A stretch of 50,439 nucleotides of DNA from Crocinitomix sp. GTDB taxonomy: Bacteria; Bacteroidota; Bacteroidia; Flavobacteriales_D; Crocinitomicaceae. Every line of letters begins with the position of its first letter. Position 1 is the first letter of the stretch. The stretch covers positions 1 through 50,439 of the forward strand of contig DQTE01000318.1 of assembly GCA_015662905.1 (NCBI GenBank). Reading direction: 5' to 3'. Position numbers and translations under genes: made by a program. The notes below the pieces were generated by a model that worked only from the letters and a program-made list of their open reading frames with translations, did no database searches and had not been told where the DNA came from. This document shows positions 7,985 to 17,614 of this stretch, piece by piece.

Positions 7985-10150
7985 TTACCTCAGCAATGTG
8001 ACGTGTCCTTTAATTTCTTTTGGTAAACCTGTATCATATTCATTATAAATGATTTTCCACACATACACACCAGTGGGCGCGTTTTCGTCCCTATAAGTAC
8101 CATCCCACTCACCATAAGCATCATTAGAATAATAAACTAACTCACCCCAACGGTTATAAATAAACATTTCATATTGTTGTGGCTTGTATAATACTGGTTT
8201 AAAGGTATTGTTGAAAATATCACCATCTGGGGTAAATGCGTTGGGCACCATTATAGGGATTACTGGCGTTACCACTATCTTTTTTTGACTTCTATCTTGA
8301 CAACCATACTGGTTTTCTACAATTTGATAAGGATAATAAACTCCCGATTCAGGGTAAGTATAGGTAAAGGGTGAATATGGTGTAAAACTGCCATTTCCAA
8401 AATAAAACCATTGCTCAACCACTTCTGTGGAGTCTGATAAATCTACAAATGTAAAGTGGGCTTCATACTCATTTTGTTCAAGAGGGCTTACATCAAAAAC
8501 TGAAGTAGGGCTAGGAAATACTTCTATTAAATTTGGTCTTGATAAAAACAAAGTATCAATACATCCCGTTGTTGTCCAAATAGTTAAAGAAATATCATAT
8601 ACCCCTGGTAAATTATAAGTATGATAAGGATGAGTATCTGTAGATGTAGTTCCATCTCCTAAATCCCAAAAAGAATAAATGGGTGAATCTGCTGATGATT
8701 GATTGATAAGATGAGCGACATAAGGTGCACATTTTAGTTCATCTATAGTGGTAAAATCAATGGTAGGCGCTTTAAAAATAAAAATGTTTTTAGTTACAGA
8801 TTTAGTACATATTTCATAATGGGCGGTTAGCGTAATTGGAATATCACCACTTTGACTAAATACAATTCCTGTTGGATTTTGATCTGTTGACGTTAACGGT
8901 ATAGCACTAAGACCAAAAGACCAATCAAAGGTTGTAGAATTTGGCAAAATCCCTTCTGCTAAAAAATCGAAACTGTTGTTAACAATGCATTGAGAATCTG
9001 GCGGTGTAAAATCAGGTTGAAAATTGTCGTAAATGATAAAAGTCTGTTGAGAGGTGTCTGAACATCCAGCTAATTTAGAAGCAATAAGAGTTACCACATA
9101 AGTGCCTAGCCCTGGGAAAGTATAAGTAGGTTCAAATTCAGAACTAACATCTGTTGTAATCCCATCAACACCAAAGTCCCATTGATAAATCTCAGCCCCA
9201 AAACTTGTATTTTCAAATTGAATTGTTGTACCTTGACAGAAATCTACAAATGTAGAAAGCTGTGTTTGAGGTACAATATTAGAAGATAGCTCAATTTCGC
9301 AATTAAACACACTAAACATAAAATCTCTACTTGTGGTGCTAATTAAAACTCCGTCTCTATATTCTTTAGCACACACTCCTACGATATACAACCCTAAAGC
9401 ATCAGGTGTAATAGTTAGCAATCCGGTATTTGGATCAAGGTTGATAACACCATTACCAAAAGGGTCGGTTTCTGAAATACCACTAGACCAAACAACATTA
9501 TTATATGGTGGATTAGGCATTACTGTTGGCATTGGGTTAGAACTTGTAGCTCCTTGGTAAGGTGCGCAAAGTTCATAAATAATTTCATCACCGTCTGGCT
9601 CTGATGCAGAATGGTCAAACACTAATTGTTCATTAGCACATAAATATAATGGTGGTAAATTGTTAAATCTTGGAGAGCTATTACAATTTGCAGTGGCATT
9701 TGGTGGTATTTCACAAGTTAAAGTGAGTCCTTGGTCTCCAGGGTTATTCAAATTAGTGATATCTGGTCTTCTACAACAACGTTGATAAGAGAGTGTATAA
9801 CCATTTGTTGATGGAGGTAAAGTAACTACCTTTTGATAGATAGCCTCTTCTACGCACAAATTGGAGGGTGGTGTAACACAAGGATTGCCATTGAATGATA
9901 AATTTAATTCTTGGCTACCAGGGAAATCAATGGTAAATGTTCCTATATTTTGATTACTGCCATTAAAAATAGTAACATTTAAAGGGTCATCATACGCTGC
10001 TCCAGAAGAAAAACAATCTCTGTATAATTTTACTGTAATTCTATATTGTCCTCCTCCTAAACAGTCATAATACATCTCTCCTCCAATAATGTGAGACGCA
10101 AATACGTTAGTGCTTAGCAAGAAAAGGATATAAAAAACAAGCTGTTTCAT
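7985..10150 (-). CDS. PKD-domain surface protein with gliding-motility-associated (type B) T9SS CTD
   Basis: SHIIGGEMYY N-terminus, RCCR, PKD-type WDFG/WDLGDG motifs, VPNAFTPDGD..N..F, IYNRWGE and GHVTLLR end. ATG 10150 preferred because the TTG at 10159 lies inside the -7 box. Confidence 0.9.
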   Translation of the reverse strand: MKQLVFYILFLLSTNVFASHIIGGEMYYDCLGGGQYRITVKLYRDCFSSGAAYDDPLNVTIFNGSNQNIGTFTIDFPGSQELNLSFNGNPCVTPPSNLCVEEAIYQKVVTLPPSTNGYTLSYQRCCRRPDITNLNNPGDQGLTLTCEIPPNATANCNSSPRFNNLPPLYLCANEQLVFDHSASEPDGDEIIYELCAPYQGATSSNPMPTVMPNPPYNNVVWSSGISETDPFGNGVINLDPNTGLLTITPDALGLYIVGVCAKEYRDGVLISTTSRDFMFSVFNCEIELSSNIVPQTQLSTFVDFCQGTTIQFENTSFGAEIYQWDFGVDGITTDVSSEFEPTYTFPGLGTYVVTLIASKLAGCSDTSQQTFIIYDNFQPDFTPPDSQCIVNNSFDFLAEGILPNSTTFDWSFGLSAIPLTSTDQNPTGIVFSQSGDIPITLTAHYEICTKSVTKNIFIFKAPTIDFTTIDELKCAPYVAHLINQSSADSPIYSFWDLGDGTTSTDTHPYHTYNLPGVYDISLTIWTTTGCIDTLFLSRPNLIEVFPSPTSVFDVSPLEQNEYEAHFTFVDLSDSTEVVEQWFYFGNGSFTPYSPFTYTYPESGVYYPYQIVENQYGCQDRSQKKIVVTPVIPIMVPNAFTPDGDIFNNTFKPVLYKPQQYEMFIYNRWGELVYYSNDAYGEWDGTYRDENAPTGVYVWKIIYNEYDTGLPKEIKGHVTLLR

Positions 10151-10217
10151 TAACAACAAAGTTAAGTTAAATAACTCTACTTAAACGTTATATTTATTAA
10201 AAGGTTGTTTTTATCTT

Positions 10218-10778
10218 TTAAAAGGTAAAGCCAAAACCAAAAGACAATCTAAACTCATCTAAATAAATAGGATAGACATTTGATTTGTGTTTGCCAAAGT
10301 TTTGCCGAGCTTCAACAAAAATCATAAACCATTTTTGAGCATACAATGTCAAACCTCCTGCAACAGACACTATTGGGTTTACAGTGATTTTGTATTCTAT
10401 TACTCCGGTTTCCGCGTTAATAGCACCAAACTCTGACGATTGAGAAAAAGCAACGCCTGTCTGTAGCCCAAAATAGGGTTGAAATTTTTGGCTTAAAAAG
10501 TGATAAAAAGCACCCGCCATTATTTGATGATTTTTTGAAAACCTTGGTCGTTCCCCAATATTGTTTAAAAAGTAATAACTATCACCACGTAATTCTATTT
10601 TGTCTTTAAAAAGCACACCAATTAATCCGTGTACATTATTTGACCTTGTATTTTCGGTTAAAAAACCAACTGAAAAACCTAACGCTGTATTAACGCGCCA
10701 ATCTTTAACTTCAAACTCTTGACTATAAGAGATAAGTGGGACAACCAATAAAAGTAAAAGTATTTTTTTCATAACCAT
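10218..10778 (-). CDS. Outer-membrane beta-barrel protein
   Basis: Signal peptide, alternating beta-strands, FQPYFG, terminal Phe (GFGFTF). Confidence 0.7.
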   Translation of the reverse strand: MVMKKILLLLLVVPLISYSQEFEVKDWRVNTALGFSVGFLTENTRSNNVHGLIGVLFKDKIELRGDSYYFLNNIGERPRFSKNHQIMAGAFYHFLSQKFQPYFGLQTGVAFSQSSEFGAINAETGVIEYKITVNPIVSVAGGLTLYAQKWFMIFVEARQNFGKHKSNVYPIYLDEFRLSFGFGFTF

Positions 10779-11423
10779 TTATTTTTTTCCAAAAAAAGTT
10801 CCTATTCTATAATTTAAACTAAACGTCAATAATATATGACCTTCAAAACGTTCTCCCGCTTGATTATCAAAATTTGTGTCTAAATAACTTGTTCCATCAG
10901 CCTGCTCAATTAATTCATATTCTAAATGTTTACCTAAGTGCAACATATATTGAGCCGAAAATGTAATGTTAAATCTATCCGTTAAATAATAATGGCTACC
11001 TACCCCCATTTGAACAGCAGAACTCCAACGGCTAATTTCATCCAAAGACCTATCAACAAGTTCAGTGCTAAGGGGTATTACTTTGGCATAATCAAAACAA
11101 TGTCCTGCAATAACATAAGGAACGAAACGGTTCATTTTTTTTGGATAAAACAAAACTGACCACCCAATATGGGCATTTTGTCTGGTTCCTGCCCCATTCA
11201 GGTCAATGGTTATCCAGTCTGCATACCACTCAGTATTCAAATAATCTAATAACTGTACTCTAGCTTGTCCGCCTGTGCCCAACCCCAACAAAGGGTCGCG
11301 ACCAAACACACTACTTGTTGTTCTTAGTCCTAATTCAACGTTTCCTTTTTGCGAATAATTAATTTGAGAAAAACTAAACAAAGAAAAAAACAAAAACAAA
11401 TTTAATACTTTAACCTTTTTCAT
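10779..11423 (-). CDS. Outer-membrane beta-barrel protein
   Basis: Signal peptide, FVPYVIAG, amphipathic strands ending FSLNYRI. Confidence 0.65.
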   Translation of the reverse strand: MKKVKVLNLFLFFSLFSFSQINYSQKGNVELGLRTTSSVFGRDPLLGLGTGGQARVQLLDYLNTEWYADWITIDLNGAGTRQNAHIGWSVLFYPKKMNRFVPYVIAGHCFDYAKVIPLSTELVDRSLDEISRWSSAVQMGVGSHYYLTDRFNITFSAQYMLHLGKHLEYELIEQADGTSYLDTNFDNQAGERFEGHILLTFSLNYRIGTFFGKK

Positions 11424-11541
11424 AAAACTATAAACTAATAAACTTTAATTATTGTTGTAAATATAAATAGAAAATATCTCATTTTTTTGATAAAAATCAT
11501 AAATCAATCAAAAAGTCAAATTATCTTTGTTAAAAAAGCTC

Positions 11542-12564
11542 ATGTCAAAATCATTTATCAAACACGCTTGGATTACATTAGTCTTTATTTACTTAGTAGT
11601 CATTGCGGGCAGCGTGGTTCGTTCCACAGGGTCTGGGATGGGATGTCCCGATTGGCCTAAATGTTTTGACAGCTATATTCCCCCAACTTCTGTAAATCAA
11701 TTACCAGAAAACTATAAAGAAATATACGCCAATAAACGCCAACATAAAGTTAACAAATTTTCTAAATTATTAATAGCAATTGGTTTAACCAAAGAAGCTA
11801 ATGCTTTATTAAATGATAAGAACTTACTGAAAGAACAGTCTTTTAATTGGAAAAACACTTGGACGGAATATGGTAATAGGTTAGTAGGATTTATTGCGGG
11901 TAATTTAGTTCTTATTCAGTTTATTTGGTTATTGCTAAAATTTAATCAAAGAAGAAAATTAACATTATTAGCTCTTTTAAATCTCATATTAATGGGGTTT
12001 GAAGGGTGGTTAGGTGCCATTGTAGTTGCTACAAATTTAGTGCCTTGGGTATTAACACTTCACATGTTTTTTGCTTTAATCATTATATGGATTCAAATAA
12101 AAATCATTTTAATGTCCAAAAATAAATTTTTTTCTTTTAAAATTAGTTCTTCTTTCAAATGGTTATTTTATATATCTATTTTATTGAGCATGTTTCAAAT
12201 TGTAATGGGGTCACAAGTGCGACAAAAAATAGATTTTTTAATGGCGGATCATATTGACCGTCACCAATGGATAAGCGAAATGGATACTGATTTTTACTAT
12301 CACCGTTCATTTTTTTGGGTAGTGTTGTTGATAAATGGGATCTTATTTTGGTTAAATCAAAAACATAATTATGGCTTAAAAACACTTAATTACATAGTGA
12401 TGCTTATAGTAATTGAATTTATAACCGGTATTTTGTTTTCTTATGCAGGAATGCCTGCTTTTATACAACCTATTCATTTATTAACCGCCACATTGCTATT
12501 AGGCGTACAATTATATAGCTTGCAATATTTTAATTACAAAAGCGATTCTTCAATTAGAGCCTAA
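11542..12564 (+). CDS. ctaA: Heme A synthase (COX15/CtaA family)
   Basis: GSGMGCPDWPKC, EYGNR, GWLG, LH and H..H motifs; about 8 TM helices. ATG 11542 preferred over TTG 11527, which is inside TATCTTTG. Confidence 0.88.
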   Translation: MSKSFIKHAWITLVFIYLVVIAGSVVRSTGSGMGCPDWPKCFDSYIPPTSVNQLPENYKEIYANKRQHKVNKFSKLLIAIGLTKEANALLNDKNLLKEQSFNWKNTWTEYGNRLVGFIAGNLVLIQFIWLLLKFNQRRKLTLLALLNLILMGFEGWLGAIVVATNLVPWVLTLHMFFALIIIWIQIKIILMSKNKFFSFKISSSFKWLFYISILLSMFQIVMGSQVRQKIDFLMADHIDRHQWISEMDTDFYYHRSFFWVVLLINGILFWLNQKHNYGLKTLNYIVMLIVIEFITGILFSYAGMPAFIQPIHLLTATLLLGVQLYSLQYFNYKSDSSIRA

Positions 12565-12678
12565 AATTTAAAAACCAAGTATTTAAGGTTTAATAAAATT
12601 AGTTACTTAAAAGTTTTTAAAAAAATTGAATTAAAGACAATGATTTATCAGTATATTTGTAGCCGTTAAATAATAAAA

Positions 12679-13056
12679 ATGTTAATAAAAGAGATTGTAT
12701 TAAGAAGAGAAGATGCTTTTGATAAAGTTATTGTAGATTGGGCCAACAAAAATGGTATTGCTATTAAACAATATGATGGCAGTGAAAGTTTATACGATTT
12801 TGCTGATGCGGTTATTTTATTTCATGAAGATTATTCAATTTCAAAAGAAAACGAAGGAATAATAGACCTATTTAACACTAACGTTAAATATACACGTCAA
12901 GTTGACATTAACGGAACCTTAATTGCTTCTGTTTCTTCTTTTATTTTTTGGTTAGAAAACCACAACACCAAGAATTTATTATTTATAGGGGAGGATAGTT
13001 TAACTAAAAATGAAAAATTCATCAATTTTTTAGAGCAAGTTGGAAACAGACTTTGA
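12679..13056 (+). CDS. Hypothetical protein, possibly a degenerate SLOG/MoCo-carrier-like fold
   Basis: Has its own -7 box TATATTTG (12652-12659); alpha/beta pattern; see finding. Confidence 0.7.
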   Translation: MLIKEIVLRREDAFDKVIVDWANKNGIAIKQYDGSESLYDFADAVILFHEDYSISKENEGIIDLFNTNVKYTRQVDINGTLIASVSSFIFWLENHNTKNLLFIGEDSLTKNEKFINFLEQVGNRL

Positions 13057-13136
13057 TAACAGTTAGTTGTCAAAACACCCTAAATAAATTACAAAGATGT
13101 AATTTTAAAAAACCTTACAAACAACTATTAGTTTTA

Positions 13137-14390
13137 TTACAAATTAAACGCAGCTTTTACCTTATCTACGTAATCTAATTTTTCCCAAGTAAAAGTTTCC
13201 ACTTCTTTTCTCACCACATTACCACCATTATTAAACTCAATGGTTTTTATCTGCGGTTCTCTCCCCATATGTCCATAGGCAGCAGTTTCAGAATAAATAG
13301 GATTTCTCAATTTCAACCTAGTTTCAATAGCATAAGGTCTCATATCAAAAAGTTGTGTGACAATTTTAGCAATTTCACCATCAGTCATATTAACTTTAGA
13401 AGTGCCGTAAGTGTCAACAAATATTCCCATTGGTTCAACTACGCCAATAGCATAAGACACTTGTACCAATATTTCATCTGCTACACCAGCAGCGACTAAG
13501 TTTTTAGCAATATGTCTTGTTGCATAAGCTCCTGAGCGATCAACTTTAGATGGATCTTTACCTGAAAAAGCACCTCCTCCGTGTGCCCCCTTACCACCAT
13601 AGGTGTCAACAATTATTTTTCTCCCTGTCAATCCAGTATCTCCATGTGGCCCTCCAATTACAAATTTTCCTGTCGGATTAATATGATATGTAATGTCGTC
13701 TGTAAATAATTTTTGTAAATTTTCAGGTAACTGCGCTTTAACTTTTGGAATTAAAATATTAATAATATCCGATTTTATTTTAGCTAACATTTCCTTATCA
13801 TTATCAGAAAAATCATCATGTTGAGTGGATATTACAATAGAATCAATTCTTTGAGGTACATTATCATCCGAATATTCAATTGTAACTTGTGCTTTAGCAT
13901 CTGGTCTTAAATAGTTAATCTCAGAGCCTTCTCTTCTTAAATCAGCTAAAACTTGTAATATTTTATGCGATAAATCTAACGCCAAAGGCATGTAATTATC
14001 TGTTTCTATAGTTGCATAACCAAACATCATCCCTTGATCTCCGGCACCTTGCTCCATTGGATCTTCTCTATCTACTCCCCTATTGATATCATCAGATTGT
14101 TCGTGAATTGCCGAAATAACAGCACAAGATTTAGCATCAAATTGGTATTCAGACTTGGTATAACCAATTTTTGCAATCGTATCTCTAGCAATTTGCTGAA
14201 CATCTAAATAAGCGTTTGACTTTACCTCTCCTGCTAACGCTACTAAACCAGTGGTTACAAGCGTTTCACAAGCTACTTTTGAATTTGGATCAAAAGCCAT
14301 AAAATAATCAATTAAAGCGTCAGATATTTGGTCTGCAACTTTATCTGGATGTCCTTCCGATACAGATTCTGATGTAAATAAGTATGACAT
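13137..14390 (-). CDS. metK: S-adenosylmethionine synthetase
   Basis: FTSESVSEGHPDK, GAGDQG and GGGAFSGKD signatures. Confidence 0.99.
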   Translation of the reverse strand: MSYLFTSESVSEGHPDKVADQISDALIDYFMAFDPNSKVACETLVTTGLVALAGEVKSNAYLDVQQIARDTIAKIGYTKSEYQFDAKSCAVISAIHEQSDDINRGVDREDPMEQGAGDQGMMFGYATIETDNYMPLALDLSHKILQVLADLRREGSEINYLRPDAKAQVTIEYSDDNVPQRIDSIVISTQHDDFSDNDKEMLAKIKSDIINILIPKVKAQLPENLQKLFTDDITYHINPTGKFVIGGPHGDTGLTGRKIIVDTYGGKGAHGGGAFSGKDPSKVDRSGAYATRHIAKNLVAAGVADEILVQVSYAIGVVEPMGIFVDTYGTSKVNMTDGEIAKIVTQLFDMRPYAIETRLKLRNPIYSETAAYGHMGREPQIKTIEFNNGGNVVRKEVETFTWEKLDYVDKVKAAFNL

Positions 14391-14522
14391 TTCTGTAATT
14401 TTTTAAATTTGTAAGCGACAAAAATAATTAAATAAATTTAATGTTAGACAACTATACTTTATATTGTTCTAAAATTTTTGAAAGCCACAACATAAGCTTT
14501 AAAGCATTAAAAATATCCAACC

Positions 14523-15368
14523 TTAACTTAGTTGACAATTATCTATCAACCTCACATCACCACAATAAGCTGCAATACATATTGAACAGTTACTATTTAC
14601 AAACCTAACCGCCTTTAATGTTTTATTGTCAACCACTTCTAAATACTCAAGTTTTAAGTCTGATTGTTTAAATAATTTAAGCATTTCGTCATACATTTCT
14701 CCCAAGTCACCTCCATTATCAAACACTTCTTTTCCTTTAAAAATGGTTTGGCTAAGCACCTTAGCTTTTTCTCTTTGAACATCAGTTAAAAGTGTATTCC
14801 TTGAACTCAAAGCCAAGCCGTTTTTATCTCTTTTTATAGGACAACTAACAATTTCAACATTAATTTGTTTTTCAATAACTAAATGTTTAATTACAGCTAC
14901 CTGTTGAAAATCTTTAATTCCGAAAAAAGCTTTATTTGGCTCAACTATTTTAAATAATTTTTCAACCACCATACACACCCCATTAAAATGACCTGGTCTA
15001 AACTTGCCTTCTAACACATCACCCAAACCGTTTAAATCTATAAAATAATCTTCATTTTTAGTTGGATACATTTCTTCAACTGAGGGCGTAAATACAATAT
15101 CACAACCATTTTTTTTCAACAATTGTAAATCTTTCTCAAGCGTTCTTGGATAATTCTGTAAATCACTCTTTTCATTAAATTGAGTAGGGTTTACAAAAAC
15201 ACTACAAATTACAATATCACATTGTTTTTTTGCAGCTTCTATTAATGATAAATGCCCTTCATGTAAAGCTCCCATTGTTGGTACAAACCCTACACAGAAT
15301 GATGAATCATTGTTTATCATTCTGCTCTTTACTTGTTTTAACTCTATAATTTCACTAACAACTATCAT
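14523..15368 (-). CDS. panC: Pantoate--beta-alanine ligase
   Basis: VPTMGALHEGH, FVNPTQF, RPGHF, KDFQQ, LSSRN, RLIDN. Confidence 0.97.
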   Translation of the reverse strand: MIVVSEIIELKQVKSRMINNDSSFCVGFVPTMGALHEGHLSLIEAAKKQCDIVICSVFVNPTQFNEKSDLQNYPRTLEKDLQLLKKNGCDIVFTPSVEEMYPTKNEDYFIDLNGLGDVLEGKFRPGHFNGVCMVVEKLFKIVEPNKAFFGIKDFQQVAVIKHLVIEKQINVEIVSCPIKRDKNGLALSSRNTLLTDVQREKAKVLSQTIFKGKEVFDNGGDLGEMYDEMLKLFKQSDLKLEYLEVVDNKTLKAVRFVNSNCSICIAAYCGDVRLIDNCQLS

Positions 15369-15463
15369 CAACTAATCACTTAAAATCAACAAAACTATGC
15401 TTTTCAATTGAATATTTGGGATTTTTTTTATATTTTTGTATTCATTTTAAAAGATAAAAATTT

Positions 15464-16285
15464 ATGGACAAGAAAAGAGTATTGTTTATTTCGCAGGAAA
15501 TGAAACCTTTTTTACCTTCAACAGACATTTCAGATATTGCAAGAAAATTGCCTCAAGGTATTCAGGAGAACGGGAAGGAGATAAGAGCATTTATGCCAAG
15601 ATTTGGCACTATCAACGAAAGAAGACATCAATTACATGAAGTTATTAGATTGTCAGGAATGAATTTAATTATTAACGATATTGATCACCCATTAATTATA
15701 AAAGTAGCTTCAGTTCCACAAGCTAAAATGCAAGTGTATTTTATTGATAATGATGATTTTTTCAAAAGAAAATCTACTTATGTAACCGAAGATGGAGAGG
15801 AGTTTGATGATAATGATGAACGCGCTATGTTTTTCAGTAGAGGGGTTTTAGAAACGGTTAAAAAATTAGGTTGGAAACCAGATATAATTCATTGTCACGG
15901 ATGGATGTCAGCTTTAGCTGTATTATATATTAAAAAATTATTCTACAATGAGCCTCATTTTGCAGACATTAAAGTTATTTATTCTGTATATAGTAATTCT
16001 TTTAACAAAAATTTAGGTTCTGCATTGAAAGATAAACTTAAATTTGACGGACTTAAAGATGAAGACTTAACCTTGTTAAACGATGGTGATTTTGTATCTT
16101 TAAATAAACTAGCTATGAGTTTAGCTGACGGAGTGATTAAAGGAAGTGAAAAGTTAGATGATGAATTAGAAACTTTTATGGATTCATTAGAAACGCCAAA
16201 CTTGGGATACTATCCTGAAGAATCTTGCGTTAAACCTGTAGGTGAATTTTATGACCAAATTATTGGCGAATTAGTAGAAGAATAA
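15464..16285 (+). CDS. Glycogen/starch-synthase-like GT5 N-terminal-domain protein
   Basis: FMPRFG, DNDERAMFF, PDIIHCHGW; only about 273 aa and no KxGG motif. Confidence 0.85.
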   Translation: MDKKRVLFISQEMKPFLPSTDISDIARKLPQGIQENGKEIRAFMPRFGTINERRHQLHEVIRLSGMNLIINDIDHPLIIKVASVPQAKMQVYFIDNDDFFKRKSTYVTEDGEEFDDNDERAMFFSRGVLETVKKLGWKPDIIHCHGWMSALAVLYIKKLFYNEPHFADIKVIYSVYSNSFNKNLGSALKDKLKFDGLKDEDLTLLNDGDFVSLNKLAMSLADGVIKGSEKLDDELETFMDSLETPNLGYYPEESCVKPVGEFYDQIIGELVEE

Positions 16286-16286
16286 A

Positions 16287-17612
16287 ATGACAAAAAAAAA
16301 CAACTTACATAATTGGCGGAGAGTTGTAAAACTTTCCGTTAGTTTTTTGGGCATAGCACTAATTATAGGAGCTTGTAAAAAGGAAACCTCTACAATTGGA
16401 GACAGCATAAACCCAAATGGATTAAACATTATTACAACAGACACATTTACTGTTAAAACTTCATCAGTTGAGTTAGATAGTATAACAACAGACGAAACAA
16501 GTATTAGCCTTTTAGGTGCTTTAAAAGATCCGGAGTTTGGTTTAACTGACTGTGGCATTGTAACGCAAATTAGACTATCATCAACAAGTCCAAATTTTGG
16601 TGACGTTACTAATATCACTGTTGATTCTGTAGTTTTATCTTTAAGGTATTCAAGTTTGTTACACTACGGAGATTTACAAAATTTAACTTTTGAAGTATAT
16701 GAAATTGCTAATACTCTAAATATTGATGAAGACTATTATCCAGGTTCACCCGTGACAACAGTAGGAACAAATTTGATTAAGCCTGGTACAGAAACCATAT
16801 TTCCTGACGTTTTTTCTGATGTTGTTGTTGGGCAGGATACTTTAGCCCCTCAATTAAGGCTTAATATAGTAACTACCTTAGGTGATTATTTTATTGCCAA
16901 CGCTAATGAAATGACTTCAAATGATAATTTTACTAATTTTTTCCGTGGGCTTTATGTTAAGGTTACAGATGGTTCTACACTAGCAAACGGAGAGGGTACA
17001 GTGCTTTATTTTTCGTTAGAAGACGCCTTATCTAAATTAATGATTTACTATACTTTAAGTGGCACACCTAAGACCTATACGTTTAACATAAACAACAAAT
17101 GTGCAAGATTCAGTAAAATTACAACTGACCGAACAGGTACACCGGTAGAAATAGCACTTAACACACCAAATGCAGGACAAAACAAGTTTTATATGCAAGG
17201 TACTTTAATAAGACCCAGAATTGAATTTCCACACATTATGGATTTACAAAAAAACAGCAAAGCAATTATTAATTTAGCTGTATTATATATTCCTGTGCAA
17301 GATTTTGACGACCCTTATAGTATTTCTGAGGCTTTATTTTTTGGAAAAATAAACACAAAATACATTACAGATTACACTAAAGACTATTCTTCATTTTTTT
17401 CAAAAGTAGGTTATGATATAGACAATAAAGAGTTTAAAGTTTTATTAACACAAGAAATTCAAGCTATTTTAGATGGAGAAAGAGATAATACAGGCTTTAG
17501 AATTTACCCGCCCAACTTTTTTGGTTCAACCATTGAAAGAATTATATTTAATGGCCCTGAGGCAACAACAAAAAACAAAACAAGATTAGAAATAACCTAT
17601 ACAACTTATTAA
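16287..17612 (+). CDS. DUF4270-family lipoprotein
   Basis: Lipobox IGAC; LLG...DPEFG, DSVVLSL and F..FFRGLYVK motifs; sits between the GT5-like gene and glmS. Confidence 0.8.
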   Translation: MTKKNNLHNWRRVVKLSVSFLGIALIIGACKKETSTIGDSINPNGLNIITTDTFTVKTSSVELDSITTDETSISLLGALKDPEFGLTDCGIVTQIRLSSTSPNFGDVTNITVDSVVLSLRYSSLLHYGDLQNLTFEVYEIANTLNIDEDYYPGSPVTTVGTNLIKPGTETIFPDVFSDVVVGQDTLAPQLRLNIVTTLGDYFIANANEMTSNDNFTNFFRGLYVKVTDGSTLANGEGTVLYFSLEDALSKLMIYYTLSGTPKTYTFNINNKCARFSKITTDRTGTPVEIALNTPNAGQNKFYMQGTLIRPRIEFPHIMDLQKNSKAIINLAVLYIPVQDFDDPYSISEALFFGKINTKYITDYTKDYSSFFSKVGYDIDNKEFKVLLTQEIQAILDGERDNTGFRIYPPNFFGSTIERIIFNGPEATTKNKTRLEITYTTY

Positions 17613-17614
17613 TT

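Noticed and set aside
14391-14522. SAM riboswitch upstream of metK
   Set aside because: A -7 box (14419-14426) lies only 28 nt from the ATG, leaving no room, and no structured GC-containing element is visible.
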